A stretch of DNA of 64,000 nucleotides from Eledone cirrhosa (lineage: Eukaryota), in assembly GCA_964016885.1 (NCBI GenBank), contig OZ024741.1, positions 120,280,001-120,344,000 on the forward strand, in the 5' to 3' direction. Every line of letters begins with the position of its first letter. The first letter of the stretch is position 1. The translations under genes were made by a program, and so were the position numbers. Shown here in pieces: positions 38,850 through 53,437 of the stretch. The notes below the pieces were generated by a model. The model made no database searches. It had not been told where the DNA came from and worked only from the letters and a program-made list of their open reading frames with translations.

Positions 38850-41800
38850 TTACCAGTGAACTAAACAGTGAACAAACTAAATACTGAACAAACTAAACAC
38901 TGATACAAAAACCACTTAACCAACTAACCAGTGAATCAACTAACCACTGGAACACCCAACCAGTGAACCAACTAACCAGTGAGCCACGTAACCAGTGAAC
39001 CAACCAGTCAACAAACCAGTGAACCAACTAACCAGTGAATCACCCAACCAGTGAACTAACTAACCAGTGAATCAACTAACTAGTGAACTAAGTAACCAGT
39101 GAATCAACTAACTAGTGAACTAAGTAACCAGTGAACCATCCAACCAGTGAACCAACCAGGCAGTGAACTAACTAACCAGTGAACCAACCAATGAACCAAC
39201 TAACCAGTGAACCAACTAATGAGTTAACCAACTAACTAGTGAACCAACCAATCAGTGAATCAACAAACCAGTGAACCAACTAACCAGTGAATCACCCAAC
39301 CAGTGAACCAACCAACCAGTGAAGTAACTAACCAGTGAACCAACCAGTGAACTAACTAACCAGTGAACCAACTAACTAGTGAACTAAGTAACCAGGGAAC
39401 CATCCAACCAGTGAACCAACCACCCAGTAAACTAACTAAACAGTGAACCAACCAGTGAACCTACTAACAAGTAAACCAACCAATCAATGAACCAACTAAC
39501 CAGTGGACCAACCAATCAGTGAATCAACCAACCAGTGAACTAACTAACCAGTGAACCAACCTGTGAACCAACCAACCAGTGAATCAACCAATCAGTGAAC
39601 CAACTAACCAGTGAACCAATCAATCAGTGGATCAAACAACCAGTGGACTAACTAACCAGTGCACCAACCAACCAGTGAACTAACCAACCAGTGAATCAAC
39701 CAGTGAACCAACCAATCAGTGAACCAATCAACCAGTGAACTAACTAACCAGTTGACCAACCAACCAGTGAACCAACGAACCAGTGAACCAACCAACCAGT
39801 GAACCAACCAACCAGTGAACTAAGTAACCAGTGAATCAACCAACCAGTGAACTAAGTAACCAGTGAACCAACCAACCAGTGGACTAAGTAACCAGTGAAT
39901 CAACCAACCAGTGAACTAAGTAACCAGTGAACCAATCAATGAACCAACTAACCAGTGAACCAACTAACCAGTGAATCAACCAACCAGTGAACTAACTAAC
40001 CAGTGAACCAACCAACCAGTGGACTAAGTAACCAGTGAATCAACCAACCAGTGAACTAAGTAACCAGTGAACCAATCAATGAACCAACTATCCAGTGAAC
40101 CAACCAACCAGTGGACTAAGTAACCAGTGAATCAACCAACCAGTGAACTAAGTAACCAGTGAACCAACCAACCAGTGAACTAAGTAACCAGTGAATCAAC
40201 CAACCAGTGAACTAAGTAACCAGTGAACCAACCAACCAGTGAACGAAGTAACCAGTGAACCAATCAATGAACCAACTAACCAGTGAACCAACTAACCAGT
40301 GAATCAACCAACCAGTGAACTAACTAACCAGTGAACCAACCAATCAGTGAATCAACAATCCAGTGAACCAACTAACCAGTGAATCACCCAACCAGTTCAC
40401 CAATCAACCAGTGAACTAACTAACCAGTGGAACAACCAACCAGTGAACTAACTAACCAGTGAACCAACTAACTAGTGAACTAAGTAACCAGTGAACCATC
40501 CAACCAGTGAACTAACTAAACAGTGAACCAAGCAGTGAACTAACTAAACAGTGAACCAACCAGTGAACCAACCAATCTATGAACTAACTAACTAGTGAAC
40601 CAACCAATCAGTGAACCAATCAACCAGTGAACTAACTAACCAGTGAACTAACTAACCAGTGAACCAACTAACCAGTGAACCAACCAATCTGTGAACTAAC
40701 TAACCAGTGGAACAACCAACCAGTGAACTAACTAACCAGTGAACCAACTAACCAGTGAACCAACCAACCAGTGAACCAACCAGTGAACTAACTAACCAGT
40801 GAACCAACCAGTGAACCAACTAACCAGTGAACCAACTAATGAGTTAACCAACTAACTAGTGAACCAACCAATCAGTGAATCAACAAACCAGTGAACCAAC
40901 TAACCAGTGAATCACCCAACCAGTGAACCAACCAACCAGTGAAGTAACTAACCAGTGAACCAACCAGTGAACTAACTAACCAGTGAACCAACTAACTAGT
41001 GAACTAAGTAACCAGTGAACCATCCAACCAGTGAACCAACCACCCAGTAAACTAACTAAACAGTGAACCAACCAGTGAACCTACTAACAAGTAAACCAAC
41101 CAATCAATGAACCAACTAACCAGTGGACCAACCAATCAGTGAATCAACCAACCAGTGAACTAACTAACCAGTGAACCAACCTGTGAACCAACCAACCAGT
41201 GAATCAACCAATCAGTGAACCAACTAACCAGTGAACCAACCAATCAGTGGATCAAACAACCAGTGGACTAACTAACCAGTGCACCAACCAACCAGTGAAC
41301 TAACCAACCAGTGAATCAACCAGTGAACCAACCAATCAGTGAACCAATCAACCAGTGAACTAACTAACCAGTTGACCAACCAACCAGTGAACCAACGAAC
41401 CAGTGAACCAACCAACCAGTGAACCAACCAACCAGTGAACTAAGTAACCAGTGAATCAACCAACCAGTGAACTAAGTAACCAGTGAACCAACCAACCAGT
41501 GGACTAAGTAACCAGTGAATCAACCAACCAGTGAACTAAGTAACCAGTGAACCAATCAATGAACCAACTAACCAGTGAACCAACTAACCAGTGAATCAAC
41601 CAACCAGTGAACTAACTAACCAGTGAACCAACCAGTGGACTAAGTAACCAGTGAATCAACCAACCAGTGAACTAAGTAACCAGTGAACCAACCAACCAGT
41701 GGACTAAGTAACTAGTGAATCAACCAACCAGTGAACTAAGTAACCAGTGAACCAATCAATGAACCAACTATCCAGTGAACCAACCAACCAGTGGACTAAG

Positions 41801-42853
41801 TAACCAGTGAACCAATCAATGAACCAACTAACCAGTGAACCAACTAACCAGTGAATCAACCAACCAGTGAACTAACTAACCAGTGAACCAACCAGTGGAC
41901 TAAGTAACCAGTGAATCAACCAACCAGTGAACTAAGTAACCAGTGAACCAACCAACCAGTGAACTAAGTAACCAGTGAATCAACCAACCAGTGAACTAAG
42001 TAATCAGTGAACCAACCAACCAGTGAACTAAGTAACCAGTGAATCAACCAACCAGTGAACTAAGTAATCAGTGAACCAACCAACCAGTGAACGATGTAAC
42101 CAGTGAACCAATCAATGAACCAACTAACCAGTGAACCAACTAACCAGTGAATCAACCAACCAGTGAACTAACTAACCAGTGAACCAACCAATCAGTGAAT
42201 CAACAATCCAGTGAACCAACTAACCAGTGAATCACCCAAACAGTTCACCAACCAACCAGTGAACTAACTAACCAGTGAACCAATCAACCAGTGAACTAAC
42301 TAACCAGTGGAACAACTAACCAGTAAACTAACTAACCAGTGAACCAACTAACTAGTGAACTAAGTAACCAGTGAACCATCCAACCAGTGAACTAACTAAA
42401 CAGTGAACCAAGCAGTGAACTAACTAAACAGTGAACCAACCAGTGAACCAACCAATCTGTGAACTAACTAACTAGTGAACCAACCAATCAGTGAACCAAT
42501 CAACCAGTGAACTAACTAACCAGTGAACTAACTAACCAGTGAACCAACTAACCAGTGAACCAACCAATCTGTGAACTAACTAACCAGTGGAACAACCAAC
42601 CAGTGAACTAACTAACCAGTGAACCAACTAACCAGTGAACCAACCAACCAGTGAACCAACCAGTGAACTAACTAACCAGTGAACCAACTAACCTGTGAAC
42701 CAACCAACCAGTGAACCAACCAACCAGTGAACCAACTAACTAGTGAACCATCCAATCAGTAAATCAACTAACCAGTGAACCAACCAACCAGTGAACCAAC
42801 TAACCATTGAACCAACTAACCATTGAACTAACTAACCAGTGAACCAACTAACA
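38850..42853. repeat. 16-bp satellite (consensus ~AACCAGTGAACCAACT) with higher-order duplication
   Basis: ~4 kb of AGTG plus (AACC/AACT)2-3 units; the sequence from 39181 recurs almost base for base at 40801. Confidence 0.95.
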
Positions 42854-42859
42854 AATGTG

Positions 42860-42957
<98 letters not shown>

Positions 42958-43457
42958 CAATGGAAGGGCTTGCACGTAAAATTAACGTCCATGTGTCTGA
43001 GCATTTCATAAACACATGAACTCTTAAAGTAGACTCACTCCGCTATCTTGAATTACTGGCACCATTCATTTTTTCCTACCTGAGGTGACTGAAACAATGT
43101 CAACTAACTTGCTCAATGACACAAAGAACCGTCTAGAATTGAACTTATTACCTCGATCGTGAGCCGAACATTTTAATCACTAAGCCACACACCTTCAATT
43201 CGATCAGATACTAGAAATCCAATAGAGAAATCAGGCCCGGCAAAATAAGAAACTCTTCCTGGAGTATATTTTTCATTAATAAACTGTAATGAAAGCGAGT
43301 TGTTAGAACGTTAGATAGAATGTTTTGCGCGATTTGTTCCAACTTTCTGAGTTCAAATCCCGCCTAGGTCAACTTTGCTTTTCATCGTTTCGAGATCGGA
43401 AAAAAGTATTAGTCCAGTACTTGGGTAGATTCTTCCTCTATATCTCCTTCTTATATC

Positions 43458-43552
<95 letters not shown>

Positions 43553-43554
43553 TA

Positions 43555-43810
43555 TAAGTTTGAAGAACAGTCAGATAAAATATATTCAATTTTTCATCTC
43601 CTTAGTCCGTAGAAATTAATTAGATAAATAATCATTTAAACGGAGCTAAGTTTAAAATGTAACTTCGAAGAAATAACAGATAAATGACACAGACTATCCC
43701 TTGTGAGGAACAGTCAGATAAAATTTAGCTAATCTTTCCTCTTAGTCCGTAGAAATTAACTAGACAAATAATCAATTAAACGGAGCTAAGTCTAAAATGC
43801 AAGTTTGAAG
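43555..43810. repeat. ~140-bp diverged tandem duplication
   Basis: GAACAGTCAGATAAAAT...CTTAGTCCGTAGAAATTAA...AAACGGAGCTAAGT occurs twice. Confidence 0.75.
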
Positions 43811-44227
43811 AAAAACTGTATATAAACTTTACCAAAATTCCTCTAGTCCCGACTATCTATAGTTTTGCTCGTACTTTGTGGATATGTCCAATCCTGGATT
43901 TATCCTTGAGGTTTCGAGCTTATCAAGAGACTCCCTCAATTAGGACTAAAATTTCTACAGTGACCGCCGCCAGAAATGAATTCAAAATGGGTAAGAATTA
44001 TCACCTTGCTAGCGTGCAAAGTCGAAGTGTGTTAAGGGTAGGTCGAATGGCAGGTAGGTTGGCTACTAGAAGGAGTAGTTAGTTACCGCCTAAGGTTTAC
44101 TCAACCGGACGGGAGTATAGAATAAATTCATAAGGATATATATGTATATATTTAGACAGAGTCACAGATACATATATGAGTGTGGCTACCTTCCACGGTG
44201 TGGCTCAATTAATTAAGCAAATATATA

Positions 44228-44263
<36 letters not shown>

Positions 44264-44295
44264 TTAATATGCATAAGGAAAGTATATACTTTCAG

Positions 44296-44576
44296 ACGTT
44301 CAATCATCTGGCAGGGAGGTATACGTTGCTGACGATAGCTAATAAGCTTGAAACTAGTACAGCGTTCCTTTGTCAGGGTTGAGCAAATGAGCAACGATGG
44401 TTGCTAGACACTGTACGGCTTAATTCGGGATGTTTGTTTACAAACACACCGAGTATTATAATAAATGTTCGGTGAATCCATACGTACATGTATATATGTG
44501 TGCATGTATGTATATATATATATATATACATATTACTGTACGTCTGTATACATATATTTATGTACGTATACATACT

Positions 44577-44578
<2 letters not shown>
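44296..44578 (+). mobile_element. Third copy of the 29.9-kb HHR element
   Basis: Matches 29871-30148, including the intact HHR at 44323-44365, and ends in (TA)n. Confidence 0.85.
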
Positions 44579-44626
<48 letters not shown>

Positions 44627-45245
44627 TATATATATATTTCTCCCTCGCTCTCCTTTTCTGGAAGAAATTCGGTGTGTTAAGACATGGAGAGGGATGGGCT
44701 CTGCCAAGTTTAAAATATCCAAAACATGCCGTGTGCCACCACGGAGCGCCTTCAATTCTATCAGGAGTCACACACACATACATAGAAGCTGTAATGAGCT
44801 TAAGCCATCGGTTGAGTACACATTTTGCTTAACGCGTACGCCCTTAATTAACCTTTGAATGTTTGGCATCCATTAAAAAATAAGTTTGTAGCTTGAAATC
44901 TTGCGATAGCATGAGATATAAATCATTTTTATTGATCAGAAATAATTTGCAATTATATATTTGGCGTATTGAAAGCGTCGAAATAGAAAAGTCTACAAAC
45001 ATATAGTAGTCAATTAGAAGCAAGCATATCAAACAAAGAATTATAAATACGGAAATGAAAGTATTTACGTTGATAAAATATCTTATCAATACCACCTATA
45101 GATCAATAACAATTTAGCTGTTTTGCTATCCACCTACATACATGGTTCATGTTATTGAAAAAAGAAAGTAATGCAAACAACATCACAACAACAACAACAA
45201 CAATAACAACAACAACAACAATAACAACAAAAACAACAACAACAA

Positions 45246-45352
<107 letters not shown>

Positions 45353-46094
45353 GTGCCGTTAAATTCGATTCCATCCACAGTTATCGGAGCAGACTTTCTG
45401 TCGACTGTTGTTGAAACGAACAAATGCCCAGAAGAAAATGTACGCACCATTGTCCTACCAACCACGACGAAATTAGCAGTTAGATATCTTTGTAAAAGGT
45501 ATCCATGTAAGAAATTCATATTTTATTTTGATATGTTAAACATTTTATTTCAATGTATTAATGTATGAGTTTAGCGATGTTTCGCTTTGGGTATATAAAA
45601 TGGCAGGCGATAAAATGAAAATGAATGAAACTGAAATAAAAGTGGAAATAATTGCTTCTACTTATGGGCACAAGGCTAGCTATTATCCCAGTGCATTACT
45701 CGTACTTTATTTTATCGACCCCGTAAGGATGAAAGGCAAAGTTAATCTCGGCGGGCTTTGAACTAAGATCATAAAAATAAATAAAATGGAATAATAATGG
45801 AAATAATACTTGCTTTTTCGTCCTAAATTTTTACCCCTTGAATTTTTTTAATTAATAAACTTAAAGATATATTTGTAAATATATTTTTCCAGATGATTTA
45901 TTTTTTCTACTCTATCATGCTCCCATTAAAAAAAAAACTGTTTCTAAGGTTGTGAGACATGAGTGTCAGAAACAAAGAATCTTGCCTAAGGCTGCAATAA
46001 AACTTGCATATTTCATTCATTTTCATTTTAGATTGACTAAACTATGCCTGTTTATTTAAATTAACAACTATACTTATATACGATATGTGTACAG

Positions 46095-46184
<90 letters not shown>

Positions 46185-46233
46185 CGTGTGTGTGTGCGTG
46201 TGTGTGTATGTATACACTGTGTATATATATATG

Positions 46234-46265
<32 letters not shown>

Positions 46266-46289
46266 ATATATAATATCTAATATATAATA

Positions 46290-49200
46290 TCTCCTACACC
46301 CTCCACACAACTATCACACGGACTCCCAAGCAACAAATATAGTAATAGAGAAACATCAGCTACAAGATAGACACTACAACTTCTCTCCAACCAGGAGAAA
46401 CTATAAAACCCCCCACACTTACAATCCCCCTAACATCCCCACACAACAAACCCACAACCATCATTACTTCCAACATAGAACCCAAAATACACAACTACCA
46501 CACATGTCACACATGGCCTCACAACCATACACCAGCTATAAGGAAACCCTAATCTACCCTCCCCCACTTACCACACCCTACTACAACAACACCAGCAGGG
46601 GACAATACAACCACACCAGACACCCTAACCACTACAACCACCATAGCTACACACCATATACCAGCAACAACAGGACTCAATATGAACACACAAGACAAGC
46701 CTACTACAACTACCACCAAGTCTACACACCCTACAACAACAGCAGTGCTCAACACAACCATACGATACAACCCAACTTCAACAACCACCACAACTTCACA
46801 CCCTATAACCACGTCCATCAAATCTACACACCCTACAACATCAGCAGGGCTCAATACAACCACACGATACAACCTAAACTCAAAAACCACCACAGCTACA
46901 CACCATCTTACAACAACAGCAGGAGCCAATACAACTATAAGAGACATCCAAACTTCAACAGCCATCACAACTTCCGTAATCATTTTTTAGACACAGCACA
47001 CAGACACAGGGTCACAAGATAACACAAAACACACAGGAGACAGAAAATGCAATAAAAATTGTCAATTTAACCTCCAAAGAATTAACATCAGACCAAATCA
47101 ACATACTCTCCAAAGGTCTAAAATTTACACCAACTCTCCAACAGCCAAACTACCCCGAAATGAAGGAAGATATTGCAGAATTCTGTAGAAAACTAAGACT
47201 CAGCGAACAACTATACAACAAATACAATGAGGATGACTCAATAGCCAGAAATAGAAGCAACTACACCCCACCAAAAGGCAAGAATAAATTCCTCGATCAA
47301 CTCTGCGAACACATTACTAATAACCCATACCACCACCTACACAGACATAAACAAAAACCAAACCTAAGCAAAAAAGAATGGAATGGTCTTAACAGTCTAA
47401 AAAACGACAAAACCCTAACAATCAAAGAGGCAGATAAAGGGAGTGCAGTAGTCCTTAAGGAGACAGATTATTACACAACTCTAGTACTCTCAACTCTAGA
47501 AAACCAAACATATTATGACAAGGCCCAACACTACACACAACAGAAAATAATGAGAAACCTAAAATCCCTAACAACCCTTTACAAAGAAGGCCTTACAGAC
47601 AAGGAATACAACTACATCACCAATTTCAAAAGCAGAACCAGCCTCTTCTACGGTATCCCCAAGACACACAAAGGCGAAGTAATAGGCAGGGCCTGCAAGC
47701 AAGCCACAGACGTTTACATCGATATAGCCCCTCCTGATGACCTTAAATTAAGACCCATAATAGCAGGCACCACATGTGAAACCCATCGCCTAAGCAACTT
47801 CCTAGATATTCTGCTTAAACCTTTCCTAAAACATATAAAAGGCTTCATAAGGGACGATCTTGACATGCTCAACCACCTCCCAACAACACTCAGTAACGAA
47901 CATACCCTACTAGTAACCTTTGATGTCATCAATTTATATTCCAATATCCCACACAACCTAGGTATAGAGGCAATACAATTCTGGATGGAAAATTTCCCTA
48001 GTGAACTTCCGCAGCTAGTGAACTTCCCTAGTGAACTTCCCTAAAGAATTTGTGTTGGAGGGACTCAAATTCATCTTGGAAAACAATTTCTTCGAATTCA
48101 ATGCCAAATACTACAGACAGAAATCTGGGACTGCCATGGGCACGAAAGTGGCCCCCTCATACGCCAACCTTGTCGTGGGATATTTGGAAACCATTCTCTA
48201 CCGCAAAGTTTTAGACAAATACGGCAACCACTTCTACCAACACATAGAAAAGAACTGGAAGAGATATCTGGACGACTGCTTCATCCTCTGGCATGAAAGT
48301 ATATATAGACTGTTTGAGTTCAAAACCCTTCTGAATGAGCTCAACACTAACTTACAATTCACAATGGATTACAGCCATGAACAACTCCCTTTCCTCGACA
48401 TCCTCATCAAGAAAACAAGCAACAAAATAGAAACAGACATATACTACAAACCCACAGACTCCAAACAATACCTTCCATTCAACTTGTGCCACCCTAGACA
48501 CACCAAAATGGCAATTCCTTATAACCTAGCCAGAAGGATCTGCACAATAGTTTCAGATAAATACACATGCTACACACGACTAGAAGAATTAAAAAACACA
48601 CTTATCAGCAGAAACTACCCACCATCCCTAATCACCAATGGACTCCAACGTGCCCTAAAACTAGACATCCAGGAACTCAGACACCCCAAACCTAGGAGTG
48701 AACCGCAACAAAAAACTCTACCATACATCTCCACACACAACCCCTCAACAATGAGGCATTCGACACCATCCTCTAGAACATTCCTTTACTAAAAAGAGAC
48801 CCAAAAATGAACAATATCCTCCAAACACACAACATCATAAAGAGAAAAAGACAACCCAAATCCATAAAAAACATCCTTACACAAGCCAAAATCCAACAAA
48901 CCCTCACAATAAACCCTACAGTAACAAAATGCGGAAGGCCCAACTGTGGCATATGCATAAATCTAATAGAAGGTTCAACATTCCATTTTAAACAAGGACA
49001 ACGTTTCACAGTTAAACACAACTTTACATGTGCATCTGAAAACCTTATCTATGTTTTGACTTGCTCAGGTTGTCAAGAGCACTATATAGGACAGACAAAA
49101 AACAGCCTCCGTCAACGTGTGACCGTCCATAAATCACAAATTAAAATACAGGAATACAGAAAGATTGCATTTAGTGAACATATCGCCAATTGTACTCTCA

Positions 49201-49988
49201 AGCTACTTCCAAACTTTAAAATTTGCCCCATTTACAAATTCATAGACAACGCTACTTTCATCTAACGCACCAATAAGGAAACACATTTCATTAATAAATT
49301 TCAACCAGTACTCAATGCCCTAAAATTCGGACCAATCTAAAACTGCAACAAACCATCAAACCTTTACAAGTGTTACCTCCCTCTCACCCTACCTAATCCT
49401 TTTTCTTAAATAAATTAAATATCACCCAGCAAGAATTGCTTTCCCCTGCATATTAACTCTCTAAAAAGGGAAATCATATCAAATCACAGTCCACCATTTG
49501 CCTCCTTCACGGAACCATGGTTCAACTAAGCACTCTTGCGATATTAACACATTTTGAACTGCTTAACTTCAATTACTGTTCTTGTAAATAACATTAACTC
49601 TTCTTCCACATTGACTTTTTACGTTCCACATTATGCACGTTTTTTTTTTCCTTTTTCTTTTTTCTTTTCACTTCTTAAACCTTGTTTGTATATAACATTA
49701 TTCTTTCTGCACCTTCTGTTTAACATGTGCGACACCACACTAATACATTTCACTATCATTTGATAATGCATATAAATGCAGAAACCGGTAATAGACAATA
49801 ATTAAATATATAAATAGATAAATAAATGCCATTGTTAAATAATAAATAAATCAACTAATACCTTAACACTTCACACAAAGTAAAACATTTCGTTTTAATC
49901 ATTTTCTAACCCAGAAAAAAGAGAGAGACAAAAAAAAGGAAAAAAATATATTTTTCTTCCTCATAATCGTCTCTTTCTCCCTGTTTTC

Positions 49989-49990
<2 letters not shown>
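46290..49990 (+). mobile_element. Near-complete Penelope-like element (family D): low-complexity upstream ORF + RT + GIY-YIG + 3' pLTR
   Basis: IVNLTSKEL..LSKGLKFTP, IKEADKGSAVV, FYGIPKTHK, LRPII, FDVINLYSNIP, GTAMGTKVAPSYAN, RYLDD, and NLIYVLTC..YIGQTKNSLRQRVTVH. A few frameshifts; degenerate HHR at 49752-49795. Confidence 0.92.
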
Positions 49991-50056
<66 letters not shown>

Positions 50057-50059
<3 letters not shown>

Positions 50060-50580
50060 ATGGCTGCAAACTCTGCTAAGAGTACTGCAATCGCTTGTCA
50101 GATTATAGAGTTTGGTGCACTTTTAAGCTACGCCCAGTCACACAAACCTGTAACAGATCCTGAACAAGCAATGCCTGGGCTTTGAAGGTTTTTTTAAGTG
50201 GGGAAAGACCTTGCACTCGACTAATCCCACTCTCTGAGCATCGAAAACACTACCCGAAAAGGAGAACTGGTCAACATCATCGGATGCTTCCGAAGCTGCA
50301 GGTTTTTTCTTCAGAGTTTCCCTCTCCTAGAAAGGTGTTATGACAACAACTGGGGGCCTTTCACTCCCAGGTGGAAAAAATGTACTATTTGGATTGCCGT
50401 TGACTCTGTTGAGTTCCTCCACCCTTTGCCAGGTCTTGTATTTCATCCTGCAGCGTGTCTAAATATCACCCTCCTCACCAAGCAAGCTTGGTGGGGTTGC
50501 CGGTTTAGTCGCCGGCGACCCGACCATGAGACAGGTTGTACTGGGTTATATGTTACCAGTAGCACTCGAGAGCAACCTGA
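50057..50580 (-). mobile_element. Probable LINE (RTE-like) 5'-end remnant
   Basis: GC-richer island between microsatellites that resembles RTE 5' UTRs from memory only; no diagnostic ORF. Confidence 0.3.
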
Positions 50581-50637
50581 CATATGTAATATTTATATAT
50601 ACTTATATATACATATATATATATATATACATATATG

Positions 50638-50670
<33 letters not shown>

Positions 50671-50672
50671 TT

Positions 50673-50738
<66 letters not shown>

Positions 50739-50927
50739 GGGGTGGGATGCTTAAAGCGTCCGTAAGCGTTAGGCCGTTTGAGCACTCGATGCTCTTGCAG
50801 AGCAGAGTATGATATCACATAAGAAACGGAGAATCAGTGTTGCGACGAATCAAATTTATTAGACTTATTACAATTACATATATATATATATATATATACA
50901 TACATGCATATATATATATTAATACAT

Positions 50928-50969
<42 letters not shown>

Positions 50970-50970
<1 letters not shown>

Positions 50971-53056
50971 GCAGCCCAACAAAAGGACTGCCAACAACTT
51001 CCAGGCCTGGAACAATGACGTGCCGGCGTTGTATGGGCTTCGAAAAGACCATAAAACGGGCTGTGACCCTGTCGCGGGACCACCAACACGGCCAGTCTGT
51101 GGAGCTAACATTGCTAGTAACTACAGACTGTCCTACTTCCTCTCCCTGATCATACGCCCCATCATTGAAATGTCCCCAGATGTATGTGACAGCACGGAGG
51201 ACCTCCTCAGCAGAATCGGCGTGAGTAACCGATCTGGTGACCTAACAAACTGCATAATAGGCAGTATGGATGTTGTGTCCCTGTATCCATCTATTGACGT
51301 GGATTTTGCTGTGGAGAAATGCGTAGAAATGATCAGTGAGAGCAAGGTTGAGTTCCGTGGGATTGATACCAGTGAGCTGGGACTCCTACTTAAGCTTACC
51401 TATAGTAATAGTTACCTAGACACATATGACCTTAGCAACCTGTGCCCTACAAGACCAGCAAGAGGCAGACCACCTACCATTACCTCAATGGCCAAGAAAA
51501 CCCACACAGATAGATGGAACGGGTGGACCAGAGCCATACGGACACCCGAAAACCACGATGAACTGAAGAAAATGATTGCACATGCGGTAGGGGCCAGCAT
51601 AAAACTAACCCTTAAGGAACATATGTTCAAATTTAATGGAAAAACATATGCCCAAGAGGAAGGAGCAGCCATTGGTGTTAGCATTGCAGGCGACATAGCT
51701 AACTTATTCATGGTATGGTGGGACAGTAGACTTAAACTTAAACTTAAAGAACAATTAGAAGACCCCTTAAACCTGATAATGTACTCCCGCTACGTAGATG
51801 ATATAAACATCGTAGTTAAGACACCCCCACTAGAGAACAGTCAGGAACTAGAGAAAAACACAATGGAAAGCATCCAACAAATAGCAAACTCAATCCACCA
51901 GAGCATTAGAGTTACTATAGACTACCCAAGTAAACACCCCAACCATTGATTACCTGTACTAGACACAGAGCTCTGGTTAGATACCATTAACAACAAAAAA
52001 CAAATCCTCCATTCCCATTATGCCAAACCCATGACTTCCAAACATCTGATCCACCGAAACTCGGCCATTTCGGACCATACCAAAATCAACATACTGATTG
52101 CGGATTTGGTATGGGTGATGAGAAATGTGTCCCGCATGTGCAACCCCGAAGAACTAGAGACACATACAACACTTCATCCACCGTATGCAGTTCTCTGGCT
52201 ACAATCAGAGAGATAAAATCAGAGTGTATAGAGGAGCCAGAACCAAATGGGAAAAAATGGTAAATAATGACATATATGGGACCTGCCCCTTGTATATTTT
52301 GGAATAGAATAGAAAGAACTAGGAACAAGGCTAATAGAATAAACTCATGGTATGATAGCAATAAATACCAGAGTGTAATGTTCATCAATACAACCCCTAA
52401 AGGTGAATTAGCTTACAAATTTAGAAGGGCCCTAAATAAACATAAACTCAATATTAAGATAGTAGAAAGACCAGGTACCTCCGTAAAAACACTTATTAGC
52501 AAGACATACCCTTTTCAAAGACCCTCATGTATAGATAAGAAATGTATAACCTGTAAAATAAGCCCCCACATTAACTGTAAAACTAGAAATGTAGTGTATA
52601 ACATAAGATGTACTGAAGGACAATGTAGAGACAAAAATATAGTGTACATAGGTGAGACAGCTTGTAGTGTAGGGGAACGGATAAATGAACACTGGCGAGA
52701 CCTTCAAGATAATAAAGAATCATCTGTATTCTACCAACATGCTAAGATAGAACACAAGGGTAAATTAGAGAACATAGAAATAAAAATAGAATCTACACAC
52801 AGAAAAGACGCAATATTTAGACAAATTACAGAGGCAATAAACATAAAAGAATTACAACCAAAATTAAATAGAAAATATGAGTGGAACAGCAACAACATCA
52901 CAACTTACAATTAAGGACAAAATGAAAACACACACACACATAGAACAAACAACCAACCAGTAACATGTAAATAAACAAATAAATAAATGAATATAAACAC
53001 ACACAGACACCTGGATGTAACACATGCGCAAACTAAGCACACAACACACACACACA

Positions 53057-53060
<4 letters not shown>
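50970..53060 (+). mobile_element. PLE family A relative, 5'-truncated, in (TA)n
   Basis: LYGLRKDHK..PPTRPVCGA, SMDVVSLYPSI, YSRYVDD and VYNIRC..YIGETACSVGERINEH motifs. Confidence 0.92.
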
Positions 53061-53096
<36 letters not shown>

Positions 53097-53382
53097 GAAA
53101 AAAGGTGTATACGTTAGAAAACATTCTATACAGATCCCGTTATATAAGGAAAATGATTTTTAAAGAAGGGTTTGAAAAGCACACCTGGTATATATATAAA
53201 TATCTTCATAATATATACAAAAATCGATGTTAAAAGTTGAATTTAGCAAAGCCCGCTTTCTCCGCTTTGGATTATCAAAACATTTGTTACTAGATTAAAA
53301 TTTTTTTCGTTAGAACTCCTGCATGCTGATTCTCGGCCACCAAGAGCGGGAGAAAGGAAGAAAAAATGTCTAGAGAATGAGA

Positions 53383-53436
<54 letters not shown>

Positions 53437-53437
53437 A

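Noticed and set aside
38850-42853. CRISPR array or Thr-Ser-Glu-Pro mucin-like exon
   Set aside because: There are no unique spacers, the 16-bp period breaks the frame, stops are frequent, and the context is eukaryotic.
43903-43945. Hammerhead-like motif TTGAGGGAG..CTCGAAACCTC on the minus strand
   Set aside because: There are several core mismatches and stem I is poor; at most a decayed relic. Similar weak motifs near 13430-13490 and 31140-31190 were also not called.
51947-51949. In-frame TGA in a PLE ORF as selenocysteine (as in some Naiad PLEs)
   Set aside because: It falls at the expected Arg of (R)LPVLD and is best explained by CGA>TGA decay; it is not a Cys position and no SECIS was recognised.
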